Position numbers and translations under genes: made by a program. From positions 2,356,001-2,420,000 of the forward strand of contig NW_027361896.1 in assembly GCF_039654945.1 (NCBI RefSeq): DNA of 64,000 nucleotides, read 5' to 3'. Source of the DNA: Dendrobates tinctorius. Lineage: Eukaryota. Shown piece by piece: positions 49,090 to 60,297 of the stretch; position 1 is the first letter of the stretch, and every line of letters starts with the position of its first letter. The notes beneath the pieces were generated by a model, which worked only from the letters and a program-made list of their open reading frames with translations, was not told where the DNA came from and ran no database searches.

Positions 49090-50193
49090 TGTCATGATCT
49101 GACAGTTTTAAATTGCACTGGGTGAACTTTTTTTACTTTGGAAAGTTCCAAGGTGTCTTGACTGTCCCCGGTGGTGGGTAGGTGTATTGCACTTTAGGTT
49201 TTTGTGTACTTAATTAGGGATCAGGTGTGACACCCTATAAAGGTGTGCTAGGGGTGTGCAATCACTGCCTGTGATATTGTGAGTTTGTGTTTCACTCTGA
49301 GTTGGAGAGCCTGGAGGAAGGATGGAGCTGGTGAGGAGTCCTGCGCAGCTTAGCCAGGGGGGACGTGTTGCAGCTATGATGTCTGGACGAAGGGCTGGCA
49401 TGGCGTGGTGGGGTCGCAGTAATGGTGTCAGCGGGAAGTGTCTGCATGGGCTGGTGGAGTGGCGACTATGGAGAGTGGCACTCACCATGTGGGACTTGGT
49501 TGCTGAGCTGGACTCAAGCATGCTTGACTTCGTGGCAGAAGCTAAACACTTCCTTGGGACTCTGGTACTAAGTAGCTGCAACTGGTGGTGGACTCTGCTC
49601 CAAGGCTGCACTAAGGTGAAGGATCCGTTTATGGTGATGGATCCAGGTGGAGGAGAAGATGCACTCAGGTGGAGGGCTTTGTTGCTAGGAGCGCACGCAA
49701 CAGAGCAAAGCTAAGTGGTGTTTCCCCTGTATTGTCTCTTTCCTCATGTGTGTTATTAGTGCAGTGGTGGGATTAGTCTCCGCACCGACCCATTCCCTAG
49801 TGAGAGTTTAGGGTCAGGGTGAGCAAGGGCGTTAAGGTACGCGTGCGGCGACAGGTTCGGAGCCTGTATAGGGAATGTCAGGAGTGCAGGGACACTGGCT
49901 CAGGGGAGCTTAGGAGGTCTCCACGTCCCCCATTCCCTATCGCAGGGCCCACCATTGTTAAAGTTTCCCAGGTTCCCCCTTTTATTATTTAAATTCGCCG
50001 TACTGGAGGCGGGGTTTCCAGATTTTATGTATATAACGTGTAATACCCAAATTCGCCAGGTGGAGGCGGCGTATCCACCTGCACATTTTATTATTTAAAT
50101 GCGCCCCACTGGAGGCGGTGTATGCAGGGTCACGTGTGTCACATGGGTTCGCCTTGCGGAAACATCTGCGTCCTGACACACGTGATCATGACA
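49090..50193. mobile_element. Solo LTR
   Basis: TGTCATGA...TCATGACA (perfect 8-bp inverted ends) with the 5-bp TSD AATCT. Confidence 0.9.
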
Positions 50194-50266
50194 AATCTGT
50201 TAAGTTTCTAAACGGAGGTCAGTTCTAGATTGGACTTTGGGTTGGTTTTTTGGAAGTCATATCTCT

Positions 50267-50725
50267 AAGGGAACCTTTCACCAGGTTTTGCCCATATAAA
50301 GTAGGGCCAGCACCTCTAAGCTCTATGTGACATCATATATGTCTCCAATGCACTATCCATAAAACAGAAAATTGCTTTTATTATACTTCTCTATGTGTCG
50401 GTCCGGTCCGATTGGCTTCACTTTTCTTGATCTGGCGCCTCCTCTCTTCTTGCTTTGTGTGTATTAGGTGTTCTACGTTGTTCATACCCTAAGCATGTGT
50501 ATTACACTATTTTGCTGTGCCTTTGGCAGGGCAGAGAAGTGTGTCTGCACAGGAGCGCAATGCCGAGGACACAGTGTGAATGATGTAGAACAACTGGATT
50601 GGTAGGTATAATAATAAAAGCTAAATTTCGGGGGGTTTTTTAGAGCGCATTCGGAATGGTGTCACATGGGGTTTATAGGTGCCCTTCACTAATTTATATG
50701 GGAAAAACCTGATCACAGGTTCCCT
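50267..50725. mobile_element. Degenerate Kolobok/T2-type MITE
   Basis: AGGGAACCTTTCACCAGG...CCTGATCACAGGTTCCCT. Confidence 0.7.
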
Positions 50726-51177
50726 TTTATTTCTGAATTTGATATTGCGCCAATCAGTGGCCTAGAGCTGCTGGCAGATTGGACCACCTAAGGAAAGATA
50801 TATATTTTCTGTTGTTGGCAACAAACATTTTCACTTTTTCTCTTTTGTTTTATAAAAAAAAAAAAAAAAAGTTGGATGACCCCTTTAAATGAAATGTCAC
50901 ACCAGGTTATTATGTAATCTGAAAGCATCATAACTTAGGGGCTAAGAAAGTCAGAATAGAGCTTGTTCAGGTTCAAATACGGTATGTGCTCCTTAAAGTA
51001 ATTCATGGAATTGGTGGAGTTGCCAATAATATTGTCAAAGCAAGGGATGTTTGTTTAGTAAAAATATGTTTAAGGGTTGATGATTATATAGAAATATACA
51101 ACTGGTCAATCCACAATTTTTCCATTTTCTATTTCCATCATTTCTAGAGCAAAGTAGAAGGAGATTCTTGGCTGTAA

Positions 51178-51599
51178 GGCTAGTTTCAGACTAGCGTTTT
51201 TGCCTGCAGCGCACGGCGCCGCTAAGCCCCGCCCCCTCCAGTAATCTCCGCCTAGTATCGCACATCGCTCATGCGATCTGCACACCCTATCTTTAACATA
51301 GGGTGCGCAGACCATGCGCTGGCCGTGCGCTAGTAGGATTTTGTGTGCGATGCGCCCTTTTGACGGTGCGCCGAGCACACCAAAATGAAACATGGTGCGT
51401 TCGGCGCACCGTCAAAAGGGCGCAGCTCACGCAAAATCCTACTAGCGCACGGTCAGCACACCCTATGCTAAAGATAGGGTGTGAAGATCGCATGCAGCAA
51501 TGTGCGATACTAGGCAGAGATGACCGGAGGGGGCACGACAGGGGGAGGGGCTTAGCGGCGCCGTGCGCTGCAGGCAAAAACGCTTGTCTGAAACTAGCC
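51178..51599. mobile_element. Harbinger/Tourist MITE (palindromic)
   Basis: GGCTAGTTTCAGAC...GTCTGAAACTAGCC; TSD TAA. Confidence 0.92.
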
Positions 51600-51613
51600 T
51601 AAGTCAAGTAGAG

Positions 51614-52911
51614 CGTCAGGAACTGGAGGTGTGAGGTTGCCCCCAGTTGTCAGGGATTTATTATATCCCACCAATTGTCACAAATTTACTATTTTTTTTA
51701 GTGGTCATGGGTCCCACCCACGACTTTTGTTTCCACCTTCAGTTCTGGTTTTGGAACTTGCAGCTCTCTGGCGCTCCCCTTACACTCAGATCAGTCAGGG
51801 AACTACACCTAGGATAAGAAGTCGCCAGAAAGGCTGCCTTGCCTTGTACTGGCTATTGGGCAGTATGTATGTCCCCAGTGGGTAATATACACATTAAACC
51901 TCCGTCCCGTCACTGCCAGTCTCAAAAAATCCCCAGAACACTGTGCTGCCACTAGCTCCTCGTTTGACATTAAAATCATTATCGGGTCGGGAGCCAACCC
52001 ACACGGTAGCGTAATTAGCGCTGAGGTCGTGGCGGTACATTATAGAGTAAGGAGAAACGAAACTATTAAATTTATCGATTTACTCCAGAAAGGATAAGGC
52101 AGTGTTTACAAAAATATAAAAGATGTTACAAAAAGGGACTAGATGCAGTATATACAGACAATTACAAAATAAAGTGTATTAAAATTATAACTTACACTTA
52201 TCAGTCCATGGCATGCCGTGGGGAGGTCGTGGGAGGGTTTCCTTCCCCAAGGGAAAATGTTCTATCAGTACAGCTTCCTAGCTGGCATCCCGGGCAAATG
52301 ACGCCCCTTTGTCTGGGCCTCTGAGCTTTATACTTTTGCCCAAAACCAAGGGTTTTCCCACTTGGTGACCTCACAGGGTGGGCTGAACTATGGAATGTAC
52401 TCCCATTTTGAAAGTTACTAATAAATTCCTATTTGTCATAACCTCTCAATGAGACGACAGGGGTATCATTTTTCTTGTTACAAAATTACCTTTTGATGCC
52501 AAACATTGTATATCTCTGTATTACTGGGAGGCACATACCCTTTTCTTGTGTTCTGGTGGGTGCAGAAGTTGCAAAACATTGGTGGGTGTAGCTTCAATCA
52601 TGCAGGTTCTAAAAATAGAAGTTTCCTGGATCTGTGATTATCCTGCATTATATTCGAGTTTCAAAGAACAAAGGAGAGTTTAAATCCATGTGCTTCAAAC
52701 AAAACCTGAGTTATCTGGTCATAAGCCATATTCCTGGGGGTATGGGGAAAGTGGGATCAAATTACACACAGGCAGAGGGATCTGAGAGGAAGGGGGTTGG
52801 GTGCTGCAGCTATGAGATCTCAATGTGACACTGCACAAACGTGATGGGGGAGGGGCAGCACGAGCTCTGTAAGTGTACATAGGAAAATATGAATATGTTT
52901 ACATTCTGACA
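51614..52911. mobile_element. Possible LTR-like repeat
   Basis: Ends in TTCTGACA and has LTR-like composition. No TSD found and the left end is uncertain. Confidence 0.3.
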
Positions 52912-52973
52912 CTCAATCTGTCATGGTAAACTGAAAGAGAATATAATTGACCCACATGCCTTTCTAGCATTAA

Positions 52974-53591
52974 AGGGAATTTGTCACCTATTTTTTGCCC
53001 TATGAGATGCGGCCACCGCTATCAGGGGCTTATCTACAGCATTCTGTAATGCTGTAGATAAGCCCCCCCTGATCTAACCTGATAGATAAGAAAAACGAGT
53101 TAGATTATACTCACCGGGGGTGCAGTCCGGGACCGGTCGGTGTCCCGGTCCAGGTCCGGCACCTCCTATCTTCTAGCAATAACGTCCTCCTCCTTGCTTC
53201 ATTCCGTGCTCCTGCGCAGGCGTAATGATCTGCCCTGTTGAGGGCAGAGCAAAGTACTGCAGTGCGCAGGCAGCGGGAAAGGTCAGGGAAGTCTGGCGCC
53301 TGCGCACTGTAGTACTCTGGTCTGCCCTCAACTGGGCAGATCAGTACGCATGCGCAGGAGCACGGCATGAAGAAAGGAGGAGTACATCATCGCTTGAAGA
53401 TGGGAGGCGCCGGACCTGAACCGCGACACCCATCGGACCCGGACCACCCCCTGTTGAGAATAATCTAACTCGTTTTTCTTATCTTTCAGGTTTCATCGGG
53501 GGCTTATCTACAGCATTATAGAATGCTGTAAATAAGCCCCTGATGGCGGAGGCCACATCTCATAGGGCAAAAAATAGGTGACAGATTCCCT
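52974..53591. mobile_element. Kolobok/T2-type MITE
   Basis: TTAA-AGGGAATTTGTCACC...GGTGACAGATTCCCT-TTAA; near-palindromic, with internal palindromes GGGCTTATCTACAGCATT..AATGCTGTAGATAAGCCC. Confidence 0.92.
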
Positions 53592-53826
53592 TTAACAATT
53601 TCAGTGTCCGGTTACTAGATTACGAAAGATGCGTCACTGTTATAGGAAATTATGTTGATTGCCTTTTCTTCACATCTTCAATTACGGTAATTCCCCAAAA
53701 TAAATGATGCCTTTTGCCTCATATGGATTTTTCCCCTTCCTCTGGATTAACATTGCAAGATAATCTGAAATCATTGGCTTAGTTCAGAACCTTAAATTCT
53801 GTTGTGCTATTTTTCTATTTGTTCAG

Positions 53827-54004
53827 ATTCCAACGATGGTTGTTTTCTACATCTGCCAGAAGATTTGCAGTTGAAGTTGGTGCAGCTGTTATACTTCATC
53901 CCATTATTAACATCTAATTTGGTGGCATGTTTGAGTCAATTCTGCATTTCTGAAAGATTTTCACTTAACCTTATTTCCAAACTTATTGGTATATTCCATG
54001 CCAG
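53827..54004 (+). CDS. TEX10: Internal coding exon (178 bp) of a TEX10-like gene (Ipi1 / rixosome subunit)
   Basis: Polypyrimidine tract with TTCAG acceptor and AG/GTAAGT donor. The peptide (D)SNDGCFLHLPEDLQLKLVQLLYFIP...LIGIFHAR is colinear with my recollection of vertebrate TEX10 (LP.DSQQRLVQLVYFLP...LIGILHMR). Confidence 0.75.
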
Positions 54005-54132
54005 GTAAGTAATTTGCATAATATGTTATATCAACCTGAATTTTTTAAAATTTTTATTATGCTTCCCCCGCTGTCCTAATGTAAGGTTATTTCTTGTGCA
54101 GTTTTACAAAGCAGAAAAAAATCATAAATCTA

Positions 54133-55691
54133 AACTGTGTTCCAAATTATTATGCAAAAAGAGTTTAGGAGTGATAAGGTTAGAATTTTTTTGTTTGTCA
54201 TTTAAACTCACTGATGGTGATGTGTGTCAGGGCTCTTTATATCACTGAAAGCAATTGCAGATACCTGTGCAAATTAGTTTGGCAGGTGTGTCCAAATAAA
54301 GGCAAGACTACTTAAGAAGGCTGTTCCACATTATTAAGCAGCCTACATTTTTTGACAAAATGGGAAAGAAAAAGGATGTGTCGGCTGCTGAGAAGCAACA
54401 AATTGTGGAGTATTTAGGTCAAGGCATGATTACAATCAACATTGCCAAGACACTTCATCGTGATCATCGCACAATCAAGAAGTATGTAGCTGATTCCCAG
54501 CACACACGTGTGCGTGCTGATAAGGAAAAATTGAGGACTCTTTCCAACAGGCAATTGCATCAGGTTAAAAGAGCAGCTGCAAAAATGCCTTTTCATAGCA
54601 GCAGACAAGTTTTTGAAGCTGCTGGTGCCTCCAACGTCCCCCGAACAACAAGATGCAGGGTCCTTCAGAGGTTTGCAGCTGTGCGTAAGCCATCCTGTCG
54701 ACCACCTCTATCCACTGCACATAAGCAGAAATGGCTCCAGTGGGCCAAACGATACATGAAGGCTGACTTCCAAACTGTTTTGTTCACCGATGAGTGCCGT
54801 GCAACGCTCGATGGTCCAGATGGATGGAGTGGAGGATGGCTGGTTGATGGAAACCCCATGAAAACACGGCTAAGGCGCCAACAAGGAGGAGGTGGAGTAA
54901 TGTTTTGGGCTGGAATCATGAGGAGAGAGATTGTCGGCCCCTTTAGGATCCCTGAAGGGGTAAAGATGAACTCCATAATCTATGTGGAGTTTCTAAAACA
55001 GCACTTCCTGCCATGGTTCAAGAGGAAGAACCGTGCTTTCTGCAGCAAGATCATTTTCATGTATGATAATGCACCGTCTCATGCTGCAAATAACACATCT
55101 GCATCTCTGGCTGCTATGGGAGGACAAGCTTATGGTGTGGCCACCATCTTTCCCTGACCTCAACCCCATTGAGAACCTCTGGAGCATCATCAAAAGGAGT
55201 GTCTATGATGGCGGGAGGCAGTTCACATCTAAGCAACAGCTCTGGGAGGGTATTCTGTCCACATGCAAAACAATTGAAGCACAAACCATCCAAAAACTGA
55301 CAAATTCAATGGACAAGAGAGTTCAGAAGCTTCTTTCGAACAAGGGGTCCTATGTGCAAATGTAACATCACCTAGAATAAAGTTTTGACTTGAAAACTGT
55401 TTGATTTCATTTTGTAATAAGCTGACAATGCTTATAATTTCACAATTGACCATTTTTTTGTTCAAAATAAAAATAAAAAGGTTAAAATCTCTGCTGTGCA
55501 TAATTTGGATCATGCATTTTGAGTGTTTATTATTTTTAAAAATAAACTGTTTTCATAGGCAGTTTGTTCAAAAACATTGCAATTATACTAGAATAGTAGA
55601 TGACTGGAAAATAACAATGACTGCAATTCATATAGGTAATTTAGAGAAAATATGAGGAAATATTTTTTGCATAATAATTTGGAACACAGTG
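54133..55691 (+). mobile_element. Full-length Tc1-superfamily transposon, probably DD37E/TRT, with one frameshift
   Basis: TIR (A)ACTGTGTTCCAAATTATTATGCAAAA and TTTTGCATAATAATTTGGAACACAGTG; TA TSD; ORFs 54360..55157 and 55033..55365. Confidence 0.92.
54360..55365 (+). pseudogene. Tc1/TRT transposase, frameshifted near 55120
   Basis: FTDEC, GGGGVMFW, YDNAPSH, PDLNPIENLW. Confidence 0.9.
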
Positions 55692-55886
55692 TATACAGAC
55701 ACAGAAAGATTTCCCCTCAAAACTTAAAGGGAACCTGTCAGCAGGGTTGTGCATAGTAACCTGTACGCAGTGTCGGTTTAACACTGTTATACTGAATAAA
55801 ATGATACCTTGGTTGATGAAATCTGTCTTGTGCTTTTTTTTAATCCTTATTTTTAGTTTTTAGTTAATGATATACTTGTATTCTAA

Positions 55887-56326
55887 GGCTAATTTCACAT
55901 TAGCGTTTTTTTGCGCAGCGCATCGTGCGCAAAAGAAACGCATGCAAAAACGCAACATGCGTTTTTGCATGCGTTTGCGTTTTTTATGCGCATGCGTTTT
56001 TACCAGTTTCTAGCCATGTTTACTCTTAAAACGCATGTGTGCGCAAACTCAGGCGTACGCATGTCCATGCGTACGCCTGCGTTCCCATAGACTAACGCGT
56101 TTTTTAACGCATTCCATGCGCAAGCGAGCACATGCATTTTTTTTATAACACTGTTGGACGGACCCAAAAATGCACACCTGACGCACACCTGAAAAAAATG
56201 CATGTGCATGATAACACAGCCGAATGCATGCAAACGCAAGACCATGCGCACGCCATGTTAAACATAGGTGCGCATGACGCATGCGCACGATGCGCTGCGC
56301 AAAAAAACGCTAATGTGAAACCAGCC
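55887..56326. mobile_element. Harbinger/Tourist MITE
   Basis: GGCTAATTTCACATTAGCG and CGCTAATGTGAAACCAGCC; TSD TAA. Confidence 0.92.
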
Positions 56327-56421
56327 TAAGGCGGGGTTCTTGTATGTGGTTCCCTGATTATTTATTCATGATGCTGACTGCTGGCAGGTCACTGCTTCCT
56401 CAGTGACCTGCCCCCTAGTTT

Positions 56422-57565
56422 GCATAACTACAAAGTTATGGCCCCCGGTGCGAACTTTCAAATGGGGGCCCCCCATGTCGAAATACACACACATCTCCAC
56501 TCCGTACACCTCGTACACGCGTGCCTCCGCACACCTCGTACACACGTGGCTCTGCACACCGGGTACACGCACATCTCCACTGCGTACACCTCGTACACAC
56601 GTGGCTCCGTACACCTCGTACACTCACATCTCTACTCCGTACACCTCGTACACGCACATCTCTGTTCCGTACACCTTGTACACGCACATCTCTGTTCCGT
56701 ACACCTTGTACAAGCACATCTCCGTTCCGTACACCTTGTACACGCACATCTTCGCTCTGTACATGTACACAAACGGCTCCGCACACGCCCATCTCTGTTC
56801 CGTACACCTTGTACACGCACACCTTCGCTCTGTACACCTTGTACACAAACGGCTCCGCACACCTCGTACACACGGCTCCGCTCCGTACACCTCATACACG
56901 CGCGGCTCTGCTCCGTACACACGCGGCTTCGCTTCATCCACCTCACACACACACACGGCTCCGCTCCGTACACCTCGTACACACGTGGCTCCGCTCCGTA
57001 CACTTCGTACACACACGGCTCCGCTCCCTACACCTCAAACACACACTGCTCTGCTACATCCACCCTGTAAACCCTTCCTGACCCCACACATAAACTTACC
57101 GTCTTCCAGCGCCATGGCAACCAGCACAACAGAGTCCTGCACACACTGAGGCCCCTGATCATGTGAACCCTGACTCCTCCCCTCTTGTTACCTCATCCCG
57201 TGGTCAGGTGGATGGAGCGAAGACCCGTGTCCTGTGCACACAGAGCAGCCATCGCACGCTCCTGAATGCGTGCCTTCCCCCTGCACTCTGTAGTCAAGGA
57301 GCTCCATGTGACTGGTCACTGAGAGGTGTCTGCTTTGAGTGATGGGAGCAGGTCTCATCCTCCATTACGTGAGACACTGGGGGGTGGAGTGCAGAGCTCA
57401 GGGGGAGGAATAACCGAGTCCGTGCTGGAGGAGGGGGCGCAGGATGTGATGGAAGCCCAGGTCCCACATGAAGCCGGCTGCTTCTTTGCTGGACTGGGCG
57501 GGCCCCTTAGCACTCTGGGCCCAGTTGCAGCTGCGACCCATGCAACCTCGGTAATTACGCCCCTG
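56422..57565. mobile_element. hAT-like non-autonomous insert with a clipped left end and a minisatellite
   Basis: GCATAACTAC... and ...GTAATTACGCCCCTG ends; absent from the opposite arm of the host palindrome. Confidence 0.6.
56480..57050 (+). repeat. Minisatellite, about 30 bp unit CCGTACACCTCGTACACGCACATCTCTGTT
   Basis: Many tandem copies are visible. Confidence 0.95.
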
Positions 57566-58134
57566 CTAATGCTAATGTGTAGTTGAAAAAAACATGCCAC
57601 TTCATCAAAATAGCGGTGTCTGCACAGTATCACATGTCAATTAGTGCCTATTATCTTGCTTTGTTGAAAAGAAATCAAAATTAAAATAGCGCCGTCGGCT
57701 GCACCTGTGCATTAGTATCTATCGCGTTCCGTTAGATGCTACTGTGTCTTCGCCAGCTCCTAGTTGTTGCAGACAAAAAAAATTACACTACATCAAAATG
57801 GCACCATCTTCTGCACCTTCGCAGTGGCATAATCTGCTATCAATTCTTGTAAATTCGCGCATGCTCCGCCCACTCTCTTCAGAGTACTAGTGCACGGGAG
57901 CGCGCGCACACAGAGCAAATCCCCACTGGAGCTAATAACTCAGCCCCACGGCAAACTATTTCTCAACACTGGTATGATGTATTCATCGCCATCGTGCCAC
58001 CAATGTATTAAAGTATAAAATGAATATTACTAACCTGGATGCCTGCTTAGTGAGATAGTAATAGGGTGAGATAGTTTATGTATATACATAGGGATATTTA
58101 TTATAGGATATATCATACACCATATCATATCTGT

Positions 58135-58625
58135 GTATGTATCTATCTACTTATTATCTATTTATGTATTTATATATTATCTATGTATTTATCTCTCTAT
58201 TTATCATCTATCCATCTGTCATCTATCCGTTATCTATCTATAGCTATCCGTTATCTATCTATATCTATCCGTTATCTATCTATTCATTATCTGTCTATTC
58301 CTTATCTATCCATTATCGATCTATCCATTAGCTATCATCTATCTATCCATTATCTATCTATCTATCCATCATCCATTATTTGTCTCTCCATCCACTATCT
58401 ATCTCTATATCCATATATCTATCATCCATTATTTATCTATTGATCTATCTATTGATCTACCAATATATGGGTAGTTGATGGATGGCTAGATAATAGAGGG
58501 CTAGATGGATAATGGAAGAATAAATAGTATATGAATGGATAAATAATGGATAGATAGATAATGCATGGATAATGGACAGATAAGTAATGGATAGATGATA
58601 AATAGGTAGATTAGTAAGACAGATA
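58135..58625. repeat. Inverted (TATC)n/(GATA)n-like simple repeat
   Basis: TATC-rich up to about 58460, then GATA-rich. Confidence 0.85.
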
Positions 58626-59381
58626 CACAGATATGTGATATGGTGTATGATGAATCCTATAATAAATATTCCTATGTATATGCCTACACTGTCTCACCCT
58701 ATTACTATCTCGCTATGCAGGCATCTAGGTTAGTAATAGTCATTTTATATTTTAATACATTGGTGGCACAGTGGGGTTGAATACATTATACCAGTGTTGA
58801 AAAATAGTTTGCTGTGGGGACTGAGTTATTAGCTCCAGTGGTGATTTCCTCGGTGTGCGCGCTCCCGCGCACTGGTACTATGAAGAGAGTGGGCGACGCC
58901 TGCGCGAATTGACTAGAATCGATTGCCGATTATGCTACTGTGTCTCCGGCGTCATTTTGATGTAGTGTAAATTTTTTTGGCTAAAACAGCAAGGGGCGGA
59001 GGCGCTTGCGCAGTAGCATCTATCGGTATGCGATAGATACTAATGCGCAGGCGCAGCCGACGGCTTCTTTTATGATGATTTTTGTTTCTTTTCCACAGCG
59101 CAAGATAATAGGCACAAACTGACAAGTGCTGCTGCGCAGGCACTGCCATTTTGATGAAGTGACCTGTTTTTTTCAACCACACATTAGTATATTCATTATG
59201 CAAATTAGGGAGGAGGTCACTGAGGGTTCAGTGTCCTGTCAGCAATCTGTATTATGAATATATAATCAGAGCACCACATACTTGAACCCCGCCTTAAGAC
59301 ACGAGCACATCATTAACTAAAATTTAAAAATAAGGATTAAAAAAGCACAAGACAGATTTCACCAACTAAGGTATCATTTTA

Positions 59382-59392
59382 TTATATATATA

Positions 59393-59431
<39 letters not shown>

Positions 59432-59981
59432 TCGTTTTATCATGTCTGTCTGTAACCGAAATCCCGCGTCGCTGATTGGTTGAGCCCGACCATGCATACT
59501 GGGATAGGGGGGGTGAGGGGGACCATGCATACCAGGAAAGGGGGGTGAGGGGGACCATGCATACCAGGAAAGGGGGGTGAGAGGACCATGCATACCAGGA
59601 AAGGGGGGTGAGGGTGACCATGCAAACCAGGAAAGGGGGGTGAGGGGGACCATGCATACCAGGAAAGGGGGGTGAGGGGAACCATGCATACCAGGAAAGG
59701 GGGGGTGACGGGACTATACATACCAGCAAAGGGGGGTGAGAGGACCATGCATACCAGGATTGGGGGGTGAGGGGTAGCATGCATACCAGCAAAGGGGGGT
59801 GAGAGGACCATGCATACCAGGATTGGGGGGTGAGGGGTAGCATGCATATCAGGATTGGGGGTGAGAGGACCATGCATACCCGGATTGGGGGGTGCATTAT
59901 TGCATTATTATTAAATCTTCATAAAGAAACTACATACATATTCTAGAATACCTGATGCGTTAGAATCGGGCCACCATCTAG
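59382..59981 (+). mobile_element. Non-autonomous Helitron
   Basis: Inserted between A and T with no TSD (judged against the left arm). 3' hairpin CCTGAT..ATCGGG, then CTAG; TA-repeat 5' end. Confidence 0.8.
59488..59895 (-). repeat. Minisatellite, about 31 bp unit CCCCTCACCCCCCTTTCCTGGTATGCATGGT
   Basis: About 13 tandem copies. Confidence 0.95.
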
Positions 59982-60297
59982 TTCTGTATAACGGTGCCGA
60001 CCTGACACTGTGTGTAGGTTACTATGCACAACCCTGCTGACAGGTTCCCTTTAAGTACTGTTATGACATGTTTACTCGATAATACTTTTAACCCCTCCCC
60101 GACACCCAACCTACATGCATGGCTCATGTCTAGTGTGGATGTATGGTCTGGGGCTCAAAAGCTGAGGTCATGCTATACATGGCTGGTGCTGGCTGTTATC
60201 CAACAAGCACCTGCCTCAAACAGTGATTTGAGCTAGCTTGTTAATTTTGCTTTCTACTGCAATATACTGCAATAATTTGATACGATAGAAAAACAAC

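Larger units (their letters stand above)
55728..60050. mobile_element. Large palindromic Kolobok/T2-type element with three nested insertions
   Basis: TTAA-AGGGAACCTGTCAGCAGGGTTGTGCATAGTAACC...GGTTACTATGCACAACCCTGCTGACAGGTTCCCT-TTAA. The arms stay complementary up to a centre near 58450. Confidence 0.9.

Noticed and set aside
49154-50193. Alternative LTR start at TGTCTTGA
   Set aside because: No TSD; the start at 49090 gives perfect inverted ends and the AATCT duplication.
51106-51602. ORFs of 94-99 aa
   Set aside because: They mostly lie within a palindromic MITE and show no recognisable domain.
56366-57149. Long overlapping ORFs on both strands (up to 248 aa)
   Set aside because: They result from a stop-free minisatellite; the same applies to 59366-59897 and 58078-58443.
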